From assembly GCA_964016885.1 (NCBI GenBank), contig OZ024742.1:87048001-87112000 (forward strand): DNA of 64,000 nucleotides, read 5' to 3'. Below the pieces are notes generated by a model. The model was not told the origin of the DNA and made no database searches. It saw only the letters and a program-made list of their open reading frames with translations. Made by a program: the position numbers and the translations under genes. Shown one piece after another: positions 1-14,885 of the stretch. Source of the stretch: Eledone cirrhosa (Eukaryota). Within the stretch, counting starts at the first letter, position 1; every line of letters starts with the position of its first letter.

Positions 1-166
1 ATTTCAATACCATACAGTCCGTCAGTTGATTTTCCATTCGTATTACATTTAGTAGTTCATCATTTCCTCCGTCATGAGTGTTTTGTTAGGCTAATTCTTA
101 CTCGGTTGATTTATTTTCATTGTGGACGGTAAGTTTCCGCCTGTCGATCAGAATTAACATTCATAC

Positions 167-919
167 TTGGATCTTCAACTTGCAGCCATTCAATTAAACC
201 TTTGTGAAATAGTTATGCCGGTTGATTTCCCTTATCTATCCCATCACATTTATCCTGCTGGTTTCAAGCATTCCCAACTTTTTACCAATGCTGAAATATC
301 AGTTAAACTTCACCAGGAGTCTTCCCTCTTTTGCAATAATGTCACACCTGCTGTAGTCCATCCTGCCTCAACATTCATTGCATCGTTTTATTTTTCTGTG
401 GCGATAAACCTGTGTGTTAATTTGGCTTACAGCTGCAAGATGTGGATCTGTGAAAATCTTTACAAACTGATCTTAGATTCTAACAGTGCTACTCCCGTCA
501 CAAAGCCCCTAACTGACGGCTTCACCTCTGGTCTCTTTCCAGAGGCTCCCAACATCTATCCCACCTCAATAGCATTTAGAATTCATATTTCTGCACGTCA
601 TCAATTTCGAGTGATCTGCGTTCCTGAGGTTTCACAACTACCAGTGTTTCTCTTGTTTACAGCACCAACAAGAAGCTTACAAACAATCCCTGAAAAAACA
701 CTTCCTGGTGTTTTGGCTGTTGTCGATTTCGCTGAAGCTCATAATTTCAGCTATCACGTAGACAATGATGGTGCCTGTGTTGGTAGCAGTAATGGCGGTG
801 GGACTTTTGATAAAATATGTGGTTTAAAAGTGTTACACTTTCGCTGTGTTACTGTGATTGTGATGGTTTTGGTGCGAGTGCCATTGCGGCTGTTTGTCGT
901 TCTTTTTCCGTTCGTTTAA
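167..919 (+). other. Unexplained 250-codon open frame (no recognisable domain; possibly a decayed TE or exon)
   Basis: Long stop-free frame of ordinary complexity in AT-rich DNA, starting at TTG. No motif recognised on either strand. Confidence 0.15.
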
Positions 920-2076
920 ACTTTGTCGTGTTAATGAACATGTTTTTATTTTTTTTTTTTGCTTTGGTGAAGGTTAGCGTATTCGAGTGTTAGTTCTGCT
1001 ACTATGTAAAGTGGTTACATTTTTGAATGGGCCTTAAGCGCCCGGTCAACTAGAGAATATATTTTTGGCCACTAAGCGTGTATTTAGTTAATTGCGGAAG
1101 TTGATGAGAGTTAGTGTGGTCGACCGCGCTCAGTGTAAATGTGATAATAGGACAAAAAAAATCAAGGGAAAATGAATGTTTACAAAATCTATCAACCATC
1201 AGACAATCAGCCAGTGCAAACACTAATGGTGGAAACACTAACTTAGCATTCAATAGATGTTTACTGTCGGGTAACAATGACGACTGTCTTAGGGAAAAAC
1301 TAGGAATCGACAGAAAACAATTGACCAGACTTTTCCAGATTTACCATCCAGGGCCAATGTATACATTTCAGAAATACCAGACCTGGCCATGCTACCGATG
1401 GTATTTGCCAGTTCGAGATACACGCTACCGTCATGGGAATGCCGTTAGCCTGTCCTACCCGAGACTCGCTCAGGTTGACGAAACATTCCTATACGCACAC
1501 TTTGTGTGTCTGAGTTTTGTTGACCTCAATGCTCACGTCTCAATACCTGATGTTATGTGTGGCAGACATCCGATTATCAGCAGATGCCATTGTGAAGATC
1601 AGCCCGCCGTCTTTCTTTAGAGACGAAGGATAGGCAGTTATTATTTGCCTGTTTTCTCTGGCGAATGATGTCGTGTGGTTGACGTTCTTTAAAGGGTTGA
1701 AGACTTATCGGTAAAGCCCTAATTATCGTTTTCATGTTTCACCCGATGAGGAAATCAGGATGTGGTGTGAAACATTGCCTGCACCAAATGTGTTGAAATG
1801 TTGGTGAGAGAGGTTCGCATTGGCCAAGTGGATAGATTTGCTCTGAGTATGCGCCTGTAAACTGAAGAACAACTGAGAGTTAGCAAATGTCCTAGCGGTC
1901 AAGATTACAATGGTCATTTGTAGGACCTCCCCATGATCCCTGGAGGTATCTCCATTTTGGGTGAATTTGTACCGACCTTATTGTCCGCTTAATAAACGCT
2001 TTGTGTAGCAAATAAATAAACCGTTATTATTAACATTATTACTATACTCATTTTTATTATCATTATTATTCTTATT

Positions 2077-2245
2077 GTGGCAGTGGATTGGCAGTATCGG
2101 TCGCCATGCTTTGACGTAAAGAGCTACGGCCCTTTCCATTCTGAGTTGTATCCCGCCGTGGTTAACTTTGCCTTTCATCCTTACGGGAGTGATAAAATAA
2201 GGTACCAGTGGGTAATTGCTGGCCATGTGCCAAAAGTAGAAATTA
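2077..2245 (+). mobile_element. tRNA-type SINE (octopus-like family with TTGCCTTTCATCC..GATAAAATAAAGTACCAG central domain)
   Basis: Matches about 12 other copies in the window: head GGCGGTGGATTGGCAGTATCGG, core GTTAACTTTGCCTTTCATCC, tail GGCCTTGTGCCAAAAGTAGAAA followed by (ATT)n. Confidence 0.9.
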
Positions 2246-2259
2246 TTATTATTATTATT

Positions 2260-2316
<57 letters not shown>

Positions 2317-2320
2317 ATTA
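2241..2320 (+). repeat. (ATT)n(GTT)n microsatellite grown from the SINE tail
   Basis: Direct reading. Explains the poly-I/V/C ORFs. Confidence 0.95.
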
Positions 2321-3589
2321 TATTATATATTGCATGTTTAGTGGTCTCTCACCCCATCGTTTTAGCATCGCGTTTTTTTTTTATGAAGTTTCTGCGCTAA
2401 TATTTCCTCACGAATATCTGCTAAATAATAATGGTTTGAATTTTCACAATTCTTTTAAGCTAGAAAACAATTCTTTTTCATGTTTCATGGCTATATGTAT
2501 TAATTTGTTTTTTCTTATTTTCCATTAAATACTTTTGAACTCTTAATGTGGTTATTTTGTAATAGATTTCTATTTGTATATTTACTCTTCCACCCTTTGT
2601 TCGTGATCGGTATAAACATTACATGTCTAATTTTGGAAGGTTTATTCTAAATGCAATCATCATATTTCTATTTTCTTTCTTTCTGACTATTTGGGATAGT
2701 TATTTTACTGTCCAGTTCAGAACGTTGAAACTGGTTTATTACTAGAATCTCTAGAGCATTATGCATTATTGTCTATTGCATTATTATTTACATTTAATTG
2801 TATTGCATTGTAATCTAATCCATGAATAGTATGCTTTAGCTGTTCTTCGATTCATATGTAATGTTATGTCTGTTTTAGATCTAATTCTCTCATCTCATTT
2901 CTTTATATAGCGTGATATGACGTGATTTCAGTACATTTTACTCTCTTCATTATTCTCTATTAAAGTTCATGTCTACTTCTTTTATGAGAAAACGTTCTGT
3001 ATGCAGCAATGTATCTGTTCGTTCCTCAACTGCAGTGTACACATTTAGACTTCCATTTAAAGGATAAGGTCATGTTCTTGACATAAATTCAGATAATGAT
3101 GTCAATGATAGGCAGATGAGAAGTGGTGAAAGGGAGTGTTCTTGAAATGCTCATCTGTTAACTGTTTGAGGCTCAGTTTATGTGTTTATCTTTTCTTTCT
3201 AGCTGCAGAAATATTTGTCATTTAATCATCGAATGATTGATGTACGCTTGTTTCTTTTATTATTAGAGCTACCTATTTTTATTTGAAGCTTGTGTATTAT
3301 CCACGTATGTGGAACGATGTCATCGCCCCCTGGTATCCAAAGGCATGCTGATTTGTTATTTCTTTCCGCCACAGATACTCATCTGGAAATGTCAGTGAAA
3401 AAGGTAGTGATGCATGTTGCTTAATTGAAGCATCAGCATTCTCTTTCAAAGCGAAGACCTTGTGCAAAACAACATTGCTCTCACCCCATATAGGACTGAT
3501 ACGTTTACACTCTATCCAAACTATCTCTCAAAGATGACTGCCAGGAAGAGAATACCAGGTATTTAACCAGACACAAATAACTGGTTTTG

Positions 3590-4990
3590 AACAGGTACAC
3601 GCCATCCAACAACGCCGTCGGGGGATGGACGAGTGGGCTGTTTAAATTGCTAAGCGTCTGTTTCGGACCTACTTCAAAGTCCATAAGGACTGGAAATGAG
3701 CAGGGTGGCCACTCTCAGCCATAAATAGACGGAAAAAGTCATGTATCTGAAATATCGGGATGAGGTGATGAACGCGTACAACTGAAACGTCATCTACAAT
3801 CTGACCGTTGTGTTTTCCTAACCTTCCGCACCTCACCAAATTGAAACGTCAGCTCTTCAACTTAACGTGTAAGGGACAGGTTCCACGGGAGAGGCAGTCT
3901 AATTGCTGATGGCATCCTCTACTTGGAGGGTTGGGCATTCTGTAGCTAATGATGACTAAACATGCGCTGAGACTACGGCATGTTAAGATATTCGAAACTT
4001 GAACAGGTGTGGTCGCCATTTGTGAGACAGGCGTTTCCCCATCTCGTCTCTTTCATTGATCTGCGGTCTTGACTGATGGAAATACAGAGACTGCGTACTT
4101 GGCTTCTGGAATGTTTTCAGACACTCAATGCCCTCAACTGGTCGGGAAATGCGGTCAGAGTTATATAGATGATTATGGGTGGGAAAGTTTGACGATGCAT
4201 TTCTAGAGGATTTGACGTCGACGAAATCGATCTGAGTAGTCTGTCCCTGAGGACGTTCTTGTCGGGGAGTATGGATAACTTCCAGAAATCCCTCGCTTGG
4301 CAGTGCTACCGGGGGGAGGGGTGGGGTGGTTATTGGTTCAAGGTAAAGTCTACAGTCACGGATTGAAAGCAGACGGAAACTTCCGAGCTAGTGAAAAACC
4401 AGGAAACCATTCTGCATGAACGCGATCATTGCCCCTGCATTACTGACTATCGCGTTTGGGACGTCTCCGTCTATAGACCGAGTCCAAAGTGAAACCGCCC
4501 GCCACATTTGTTGGTGGGAAGGACAGGACGTTTTCCTCTATCTACTGGTCCTATGAGGTTGACAAGCGTGAGAGCAGACACTTTTTCTTCAACCATTCCC
4601 GCATCAACATTTAAATTTTCACTTCGAAAGGAAGGTAAGGGTGGGTAGAGTTGGATGTATTGCCCAAAAGTACATTTGCAAAATCTGGGTGAATGCTGGA
4701 GGATTGCACGTGTCAAAATGCTTACGCTGGGCCTATGTTTGTACGATTGATGATGTTATGAGGTGTGCCGTGATGTCAGGTGCTTACAAAGTGTCCACTG
4801 GTTTAGGATTGTTGGGCTTCCAGAGTCGCCCTAATTATTTCTCCCTTTTCTTTGAGAAGTTTATATTGTTATCATTATATACATTATTGCTATTGTGTTG
4901 TTCATTGTTAACACGATTCATCGCAAAACCCCTACTTCCCCTTCATTTTGTATCCTCCTCTTTTTACTGGAACTTGTGGCCAATAAATAG
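3590..4990 (+). mobile_element. Decayed L1/Tx1-like LINE, 3' part of ORF2 plus 3' UTR
   Basis: Broken + strand peptides LGGLGI (~3922), FQKSLAWQCYRG (~4279), ETILH (~4402) and KIWVNAG (~4680). Ends with AATAAA (~4982) and (TTA)n. Confidence 0.6.
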
Positions 4991-5785
4991 ATAATTATTA
5001 TTATTATTATTCGAAACTTCCTTTGTATTCTGCTTATTTCGAAAACATGCCGAGTGTCTAACTGATATCCGAGGCAAAATCTGGTTATACACATATTTTA
5101 AAATTAATTGCCGTTCAATTGACACAAACATGGTACAAGCAAAGTAAATATATTTATATGATTTTCATGACATTGACAGTGACAATCATCTCTATTGCCA
5201 TTATTTCATGCAGAGGTGTTTTCCAAGTATCAGGTCCAAATACTTTTCTGTTCCTTTTTTATCATTTTAAGTGTGCTAGATATCTTTGGAATATAATATA
5301 TATTCATTTAAATTGCTAGCTTCTCAAAACATTCATCTAAACTTTTACTAACTGCTCCCAGTGCGCCAACCAATATACGGTGTAATATAATGTTACAGTC
5401 AGAAAGCATTAACAAGTATTTAGAGAGAAAACATTAGAGGTATGGAAAGTAATCTCAATTTATTGCACATTTCCAGCTCACATTAACTACATTGCTGATG
5501 AAGTGCATCGGCTTTGGCTTAAGTCACATCTGGTTAAAACTGTACTGGGAATATTATAACTACCGCAAAAGACCAGAGACTCAGAACCAAGTGGGTGAAA
5601 TCGAGCATTTTTGACAAACCTGCTTCCAGCTTTGCAAAGTATGCCATACATGAGATGAAACTGTGGTTCATATTGACTTGGAATGTGAAACATTAGCAAA
5701 AGTACATTATAAAATCAGTCATGATTTTATGGAAAAAAGGGTCCTTTAAAAGTCGTGCAAAATATACATCGACACGCAATGTCAG

Positions 5786-6193
5786 TGGTACAAGCCCGCT
5801 CTTGAATCCTGTCTATCTGCTAAGAGAAATAGAATTATTTCGGGATCTCAAGATCATGAACCCAAACAATATCCAACAAACCCCCTGATATTGTTGGAAT
5901 CATAAACATCGCAACAGAAAGGTATTTAAATGATATTGCAACGCAGTAGACCACACAGCGGCTGAAAAGGAAATGCAAAATATCAATAATTATGCAGACC
6001 TTGCAGGCGGTATTAGAACTGAGCGTTATGTAGAGGGAGTAGTATTGTCAATCGTGATTAGGGTGCTATGCTCTGACCCGAAACGCCTAACGTCTTTCCG
6101 TAAAGACTTGAGATCTCCCACTTCATAGCGAGTGAGCAGATTTCTACCTCCTTTAGCACTGCCAGAATCCTACGCAATATATTGAGCCTCTGA
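5786..6193 (+). mobile_element. Decayed C-terminal restriction-like endonuclease of an R4/Dong/NeSL-type non-LTR element
   Basis: Fragmented peptides WYKP, PDIV, DIA, SIVIRVL and terminal STARILRNILSL*, in the order typical of RLE C-termini. Confidence 0.6.
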
Positions 6194-6996
6194 GTTCAGC
6201 GACTGATCCGGAGCTAACTAACATACTACATAAACTTTAGAGAACGTGAAATAATACAATTATTTTTAATGATACGTATTATATATGGGATGTATATTTA
6301 AACTTTGTGTGGCATTTATAACGAAGAAACTACGTAATATATAAGTCAAAGAGAAATTACTATAGGAAATTTATAAGCAATTCAGTGATTTATACAAGAG
6401 TCTAGATTTCAGAAACGATGCATCCACGATTTCGAGTTTCAATTTCCTACTTACAACTCCCCTCATTACTAGATGATACACCATGACTGAACAATTAATT
6501 GACATTATGTGACTACATATCGTTATTTTATGCAGCATGCATAGAATATTTCTTTATATCAATCACTGAGATATGAATGTGACATTTGAACTGAAATAAA
6601 GGACATTTCAACAACTGATGTATATAACATCAATCGACAACAAAGAAAATACTTTTAATGTTTTTCGCTTTCATATGAAACTTATAAGTTTTGGTTTCTG
6701 ATATGTTACTGCACGCCATATGTTCTTTGATAATTATTTTTTGCATATATTTATTATAGATATTTTTTTCCATTTTAACTCAGATCGTTCCCTTTGAAAT
6801 ATGTTTAATATAATGTAGGATTCCTAATGTAAATATACAATCCATCTCAGTTGTTAATATTCTTTGAGACGCATTTGCTTTAACTCAAATCTACAGTTGC
6901 ATATTGGAGACCAACTCCAAATCTTAAACACGCATATAGGTGTAATACTTGAAATAATATAATGGAAATGTAGATTATATATTGATATTTAGATTG

Positions 6997-6999
<3 letters not shown>

Positions 7000-7039
<40 letters not shown>

Positions 7040-7135
7040 CAGGTGGTCTAGCGTATAGAGAAAAAGGGTTTAAATTAATTTTAAAAGGTTCCTTGTACTT
7101 ACTATATGTGCCGTTAACGCTCAGTTTCAAATCCC

Positions 7136-7221
<86 letters not shown>

Positions 7222-7265
7222 TAGATAGATAGCTAGCTAGATAGATAGATATATACATATATATG

Positions 7266-7303
<38 letters not shown>

Positions 7304-7320
7304 TATTTATACATATATTA
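7000..7320. repeat. Compound (TA)n/(GA)n/(GATA)n microsatellite with a ~105 bp insert (7035-7140)
   Basis: Direct reading. Confidence 0.9.
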
Positions 7321-7585
7321 CGCCATTTAAATGTATTCATACAATAAATTATCTTAGATTTTGATTAAATGGGATGTATTGTGCAATACCCGCAAATAGT
7401 TTGTGTTATATATTATAATATATTGTAAATATATGAATCGAAATAATGAATTACAATAAACATTTATTAAATATAAAGGGGTAAAATTATAGCCGAAAGA
7501 TAATGTTCTGATTTCAATTGCGAGATATATTAATACAATTCATAACATCCTGGTTGTTTGCGAATTCATAATCATTTGGCATTAT

Positions 7586-7875
7586 CGGCCATTCTGAGTT
7601 CAAATCCCGCCGAGGTTAACTTTGCCTTTCATCCTTCCGGGGTCGATAAAATAAAGTACCAGTAAGACACTGGGTAATTGCTGACCTTGTGCCAAAAGTA
7701 GAAACAATTCTCAGTAGAGGGTCGGACATGCTTTCCAGCATAGTTACGTCCCTTTACGATTTGAGTTCAAATTTGGCTGAGGTTAACTTACTTTTCATCC
7801 TTACGGGTCGATAAAATAAAGTACCAGTAATGTACTAGGTATTTGCTGGCCTTGTGCCTAAAATAGAAACAATTA
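7586..7875 (+). mobile_element. Two 5'-truncated SINE copies head-to-tail
   Basis: 7586-7709 and 7712-7875 each have a B-box (GAGTTCAAAT), the central domain and the GTGCC..AGAAACAATT tail. Confidence 0.9.
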
Positions 7876-8228
7876 TATATAGTTTATTTGGTATTTGACA
7901 GGTATGTTATAACAAATGACTTCACAGTCAAGTCAGAACTCTGCGTAAATATAGAATTCCGATTACTAATACAAATAGAAATCGTGACATCTGACGGTGA
8001 ACACTATATATTAACATTTGTGAGTAACATCTCCAAAATATTTATTGTTTCAAAATATTCCTTTTCTTAATGAAAAATATGTCACTATTTCTAAATTTTA
8101 AATATTCACCTACGATGGTGAATGCGAAGTTCATGTAAATATTACGTATTCAAATTTAATAAAGAATTTAGTAACATGAATATTGCAATTGCTACATTTA
8201 GTGTTGATCTCCCTATCTTATTTTTCAA

Positions 8229-8420
8229 GGGCGGAGGATTGACAGTATCAGTAGAGCACCAGGCACCATGCTATGCAGCATAAATTTAGGACCATTTACG
8301 TTCTGACTTAAAATCCTGCCAAGGTTAACTTTGCCTTTCATCCTTACGGGATTCGATGAAATAAAGAACCAGTAATGCACTGGAGTATTTGTTGGATTTT
8401 TGACAAAAATAGAAACAATT
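8229..8420 (+). mobile_element. SINE, full length, diverged
   Basis: Head GGCGGAGGATTGACAGTATC, central domain, tail TAGAAACAATT. Confidence 0.85.
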
Positions 8421-8705
8421 GTTTTTTCAAGGGTGTCTCAAATGTATTAATCATTTCGGAATATTTATATTATACCTATTATATAACAGGTTCAAGATTT
8501 CGGAAAATATTTTATTTAGAATATTTAGGTGACGTTAAATATTCAGGATGTTTCATAAACATATTTGTTTCATAATCTCGTTAGTTATAATGAATTAAAT
8601 AAATGAAATGATTATCATAAACTGAGTAATGTTATATGTTATGCTTTTCCTAACATATATGAATGGGTTATTAACCATTTACGTAAATGTTTCAAAAAAA
8701 GTCCT

Positions 8706-8927
8706 ATATTTCTGATTATAATTGTTTCTACTATTGGCACAAGGCCAGAAAATTACCCAGTACATTACTGGTACTTTATTTTATCGACCCCGTAAGGATG
8801 AAAGGCAAAGTTAACCTCGGCGGGATTTGAACTCAGAATGGCAAGGGCCGTAACTCTATGCGTCAAAGCATGGCGTCCGAACCTCTACCGATACTGCCAA
8901 TCCACCGCCAATATTTCTGATTATAAT
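8706..8927 (-). mobile_element. Full-length SINE with 17-bp TSD
   Basis: TSD ATATTTCTGATTATAAT at 8706-8722 and 8911-8927 flanks a complete reverse copy. Confidence 0.95.
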
Positions 8928-9540
8928 GATGGCTTAAACCATACGCTGAAACTTCTTGGTATAATTATATTAATGAATGGCGAGCTTTCTTTGTTTTTGA
9001 ATACATATAATTGAAGTATTATATAATGAATTGATTAAGCCTTGTCTTGTTTTAATTTGATGGAAAAAAGATGAAATTATCTTCACAGAAATTATATTAT
9101 AAGAAATGGACAAATACTAATTGCCCCAGTTATAAATTCACATTCAATTAAATATAATAGAAATATATTACTACGATTATAGTGAGCTTGTAAAGAAAAT
9201 ATTCTTTCTAGATATATGAGTGTTTCAGCAGCTATGACAGTTTAAATCATATTGCTCGAATTAGCCACACTTCAAACGTCAGGTTTCTGTATACAATATC
9301 GCAATGAGGAATATTTCATCATACTAATGTTTGCAAGTTCGTGTTTGTACATAGGCGTTCTATCAAAACAGTCTGTTAATGCATTTGCCACTCCGTCGGA
9401 GACTACGTACCTTTGTAAATATGAACCTTATTACAATAGTGAATAATGATATCAGCTGTTATCATTTAATCAATAATGAATAGAAGAACCGGAGCGACTA
9501 CATGCATGATTTTAATTCTAATCTAACATGATATTATTAC

Positions 9541-9680
9541 TATAGCATTTTGAGTTCAAATCCCGCCAAGGTTAACTTTGCCTTTCATCCTTACGGGGTC
9601 GATAAAATAAAATACCAGCAATGCACTGGGGTAATTGCTGGCCTTGTGCCAAATGTAGAAACAGTTATCATTATAGCATT
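9541..9680 (+). mobile_element. 5'-truncated SINE with TSD
   Basis: TATAGCATT repeated at both ends. B-box, central domain and tail present. Confidence 0.9.
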
Positions 9681-11037
9681 CAAAAATGATCTAATGATTA
9701 AATGTAAAAAGAACAAATAAACTGTTATGCAATGTTGAGGTTACCAAACGCTGAGTTTAGAGTAATGTTGAGGTATGCAATTAATGATGTACTATTTTAG
9801 AAGACCAGTTGTGATAGTATAAGGAGAACAACTTAGAAAATTCAGCTAAAATGAACTACATTATGAAAGCAATCAAACTTAATTCCGTGTTTATGTGCAT
9901 ATTCAATATTTATGAAAATATTTGCATCCATGTGTAGAATCGGTCTACTGTTAAATTGATATTATGTTTGGAGTGGCGAACTCTCATTAAACCTGGACAC
10001 TTGATATAGACATGACGCCATATAATAACAAAGGGTAATTTGGAAATGGAATTTTACAAGAATCATACCATAGAATATTATAATATAAACATTGGAAGTG
10101 TAACAATGAATCATTCAGTTATAACTTTAAACAGAAGAAAATGCATTATGACTTAATTAGTGTCTGCGAGACAATAATTATATATTATTTTTAACAGTGA
10201 CTTCAAGTAATTACATTACCACTCAATGGACATGTATTAGTAGAAATACATTCACATATAGTTTTTCGAAAGTCAAGCATTTATCATGAAGTGAAACATT
10301 TTAAAGATTGTCAAAATTCATATTATATTCAATTATAATATCTAGCTTTGGCAATTTCGTCGCGCCTTACCGTGTTTATACCAGCTTCACTTGTTTATGA
10401 ATATAATGTGTTGTGTACAGTTTCATTCAAATCTGCTTGTAAGTATTGATGTAACAATACACATGGTAACAACATTGAGGAAACAATAACACATGATATA
10501 AATACCCCAGTCAATACAAACGGTGCCACAGTAAATCATGGTTGAATAATTTAAATTAATGATCAGGCACATGTTACCCCATATTCCGAGCGGACTATGG
10601 GAAGGGAGACGCTTTCAGATATGCATTCCAGTTGTCTAGGTTCAAAACAGCGCAGGGCCTACTCCATCTTCGTATAATTCATTAATGAAGGCATTCAAGT
10701 TTAAAAAGGTTAGGTGGCACTACCAGTATAGTTTCAATCTATCACCAATGGCCGATAATTTAACAACTTGCGATCACAGGGAACAGCATTAGATGATCGT
10801 CGAATGCAACAACTTTTCTGCAGAAACTGTATCTCTTAATCGCAACCCAGATAAATAAGGGTTGATTGCTAGGTCACGCCGTTATCCTCGATTCGTTATT
10901 GGATCCGATGACTGAGGGGAAATATTGCACATGGCCTTGTACAATGTAAACATTAAAAGATAATAATACAACTGTAGGTATAAACATGATTAACACGTGT
11001 TATTTATATATTTTGTTTTTCTTCCGAGAGAGGCGTC

Positions 11038-11104
<67 letters not shown>

Positions 11105-11108
<4 letters not shown>

Positions 11109-11396
11109 ATTACAATATTAAATAAATGGAAAACTATATTTATAAAACCATATTTATTTCATTATATATATTTCGGGGATATCTATAAAACTGTTTATAT
11201 TGTATTTTGTCTGATGAAGGCATAGCATATTGTTAATATGATATCCCCGAAATATATATAATGAAATAAATATGGTTTTATAAATATAGTTTTCCATTTA
11301 TTTAATACTGTAAATATACTCCAAGTATTTGTCGAGTGCTTTTATATCAGTTATACATATTTACTAGTTGTAACCCAACAATTTTAAATATAACTT

Positions 11397-11400
<4 letters not shown>
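11105..11400 (+). mobile_element. Fold-back mini-element in (TA)n with hammerhead core (Penelope pLTR-like)
   Basis: ~74-bp inverted arms at 11110-11183 and 11240-11313. CTGATGA at 11211 and CCCCGAAA at ~11245-11252. (TA)n on both sides. Confidence 0.7.
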
Positions 11401-11486
<86 letters not shown>

Positions 11487-11560
11487 TGTGTGTGTGTGTA
11501 TGGGTGCGTGCATGTGTGTGTGTATGTGTGTGTGGTGTGTGTGTATGTATGTGTGTGTAT
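11400..11560. repeat. (TA)n(TG)n microsatellite
   Basis: Direct reading. Confidence 0.95.
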
Positions 11561-12129
11561 CTGGACTTGTAAATACCTGCGTGCGTGTAAGCTTTCAACC
11601 ACATATGTATGATGATATTCAAGTTGATTACAGGATTTTGGATCATGAGTTAGACGATGAATGAAAAGTGTGCATATTGACGCCCAGATTACATCCTAAT
11701 AACGAAGTGCACAAAAAGTAAATTGATAAAGAAAAATAGTTCGATACATGTGAAATTTATTTTATAGAATTCTGTAGCATGATTTCTCAATTATACGTGA
11801 AACTCAACATGTATGCTGACGTGTGGATGTAGGTTTTCCTTTGATCATAGAATTGATGGATGTTTAGGTGACATTCATATATAAATTATACGCAAAATCT
11901 ATTCTAAGTATTACACTATGAAGGGAACAATGCGGCAGTTTGTCCTGCTAGAAGAAAACATATTGTATTCCCTGTAACGTGACAAAAAACAATTCTAAAC
12001 GCTGAACATATTTCAGTATATATTTGCACAAACAGTGCATATCACAGTATGGACTAAAATAAATACAATAAATATATAACATACTTTCTCATACGTATCT
12101 CCTCTATGCGCGAATTCATCATTATATAC

Positions 12130-12164
<35 letters not shown>

Positions 12165-12167
<3 letters not shown>

Positions 12168-12356
12168 TTAATATAGATGAGATTCTACAGGACTAGAACT
12201 GTTTCATTCATTAGAAATCATCAGGAATCTGATGATTCCTAATGAATGAAACAGTTCTAGTCCTGTAGAATCTCATCTATATTAAAACTGTTATACTCTG
12301 CTATGTATTGAGTACCTTACTTACTGTGGTTACCTCCGATTCAACCCGGAATAACG

Positions 12357-12358
<2 letters not shown>
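12165..12358 (+). mobile_element. Fold-back mini-element in (TA)n (family B, second copy at 25545)
   Basis: Arms at ~12165-12224 and ~12229-12288 with almost no spacer, followed by a unique 70-bp tail. (TA)n flanks. Confidence 0.8.
12180..12230 (-). ncRNA. Type-I hammerhead ribozyme fold
   Basis: Minus strand reads AGATTC-CTGATGA-TTTCTAATGAAT-GAAA-CAG(TTCTAGTC)CTG-TA^GAATCT: 6-bp stem I, 4-bp stem III, GUA cleavage triplet. Non-canonical U.U at the base of stem II. Confidence 0.7.
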
Positions 12359-14000
<1,642 letters not shown>

Positions 14001-14090
14001 TGAGTTTATGCTGGTTGTATACCAACACCTCAGTATGCAGGCTGGAACACTCGACGAAGTGAGCAGGTTGGTTTGGTTACTCCGGAGTAA

Positions 14091-14289
14091 TGTAAAATAA
14101 CTGTTTCTACTTTAGGCACAGGGCCAGCAATTACCCAGTGCTTTACTGGTACTTTATTTTATCGACCCCGTAAGGATGAAAGGCAAAGTCAACCTCGGCG
14201 GGATTTGAACTCAGATCGTAAAGGGACGTAACTATGCTGGAAAGCATGGCGTCTGACCCTCTACCGATACTGCCAATCTGTAAAATAAC
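14091..14289 (-). mobile_element. SINE with 11-bp TSD
   Basis: TGTAAAATAAC at 14091-14101 and 14279-14289. Confidence 0.92.
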
Positions 14290-14290
14290 G

Positions 14291-14802
14291 TTAAATAAAA
14301 AGTAAAATGTTTAAAATTTAGCTTCGTTTATTACTCCTATATATATATCAGTGACAGCCATCTTTGAATGTGACCTCTTCAGGCAGTTTGAATTAGTATG
14401 GTATAGACAAGTACATATGTTGTTGAGGTGTATAATATTGTGAATACTCTGATATGCCCAGTTCCTGGTTGGGTTGTTATTTCACTGAGGAACTGGACAT
14501 ATGTTCTTGAGGTGTATAATATTGTGAATACTCTGATATACCCGGTTCTTGGTTGGGTTGTTATTTCACTGAGGAACTGGAATCATATGATTCCAGTTCC
14601 TCAGTGAAATAACAACCCAACCAGGAACTGGGCATATCAGAGTATTCACAATATTATACACCTCAACAACATATGTACTTGTCTATAACATACTAACTCA
14701 AACTGCCTGAAGAGGTCACAGCCAAAGATGGCTGTCACTGAAATATATATAGGAGTAATAAACGAAGCTAAATTTTAATACATTTGACTTTTTATTTAAC
14801 TT

Positions 14803-14808
<6 letters not shown>
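14291..14808 (+). mobile_element. Zero-spacer palindromic mini-element with hammerhead core
   Basis: Axis between 14586 and 14587 (GGAATCAT|ATGATTCC). ~85-bp tandem duplication in the left arm. CTGAAGA-GGTCACAGCC..GGCTGTCACT-GAAA-TATATATA from 14707, then AATAAA and (TA)n. Confidence 0.8.

Positions 14809-14885
<77 letters not shown>

Noticed and set aside
10590-10940. Possible second SINE (GGTTCAAAAC B-box-like)
   Set aside because: Single copy in the window, with no clear A-box, tail or TSD.
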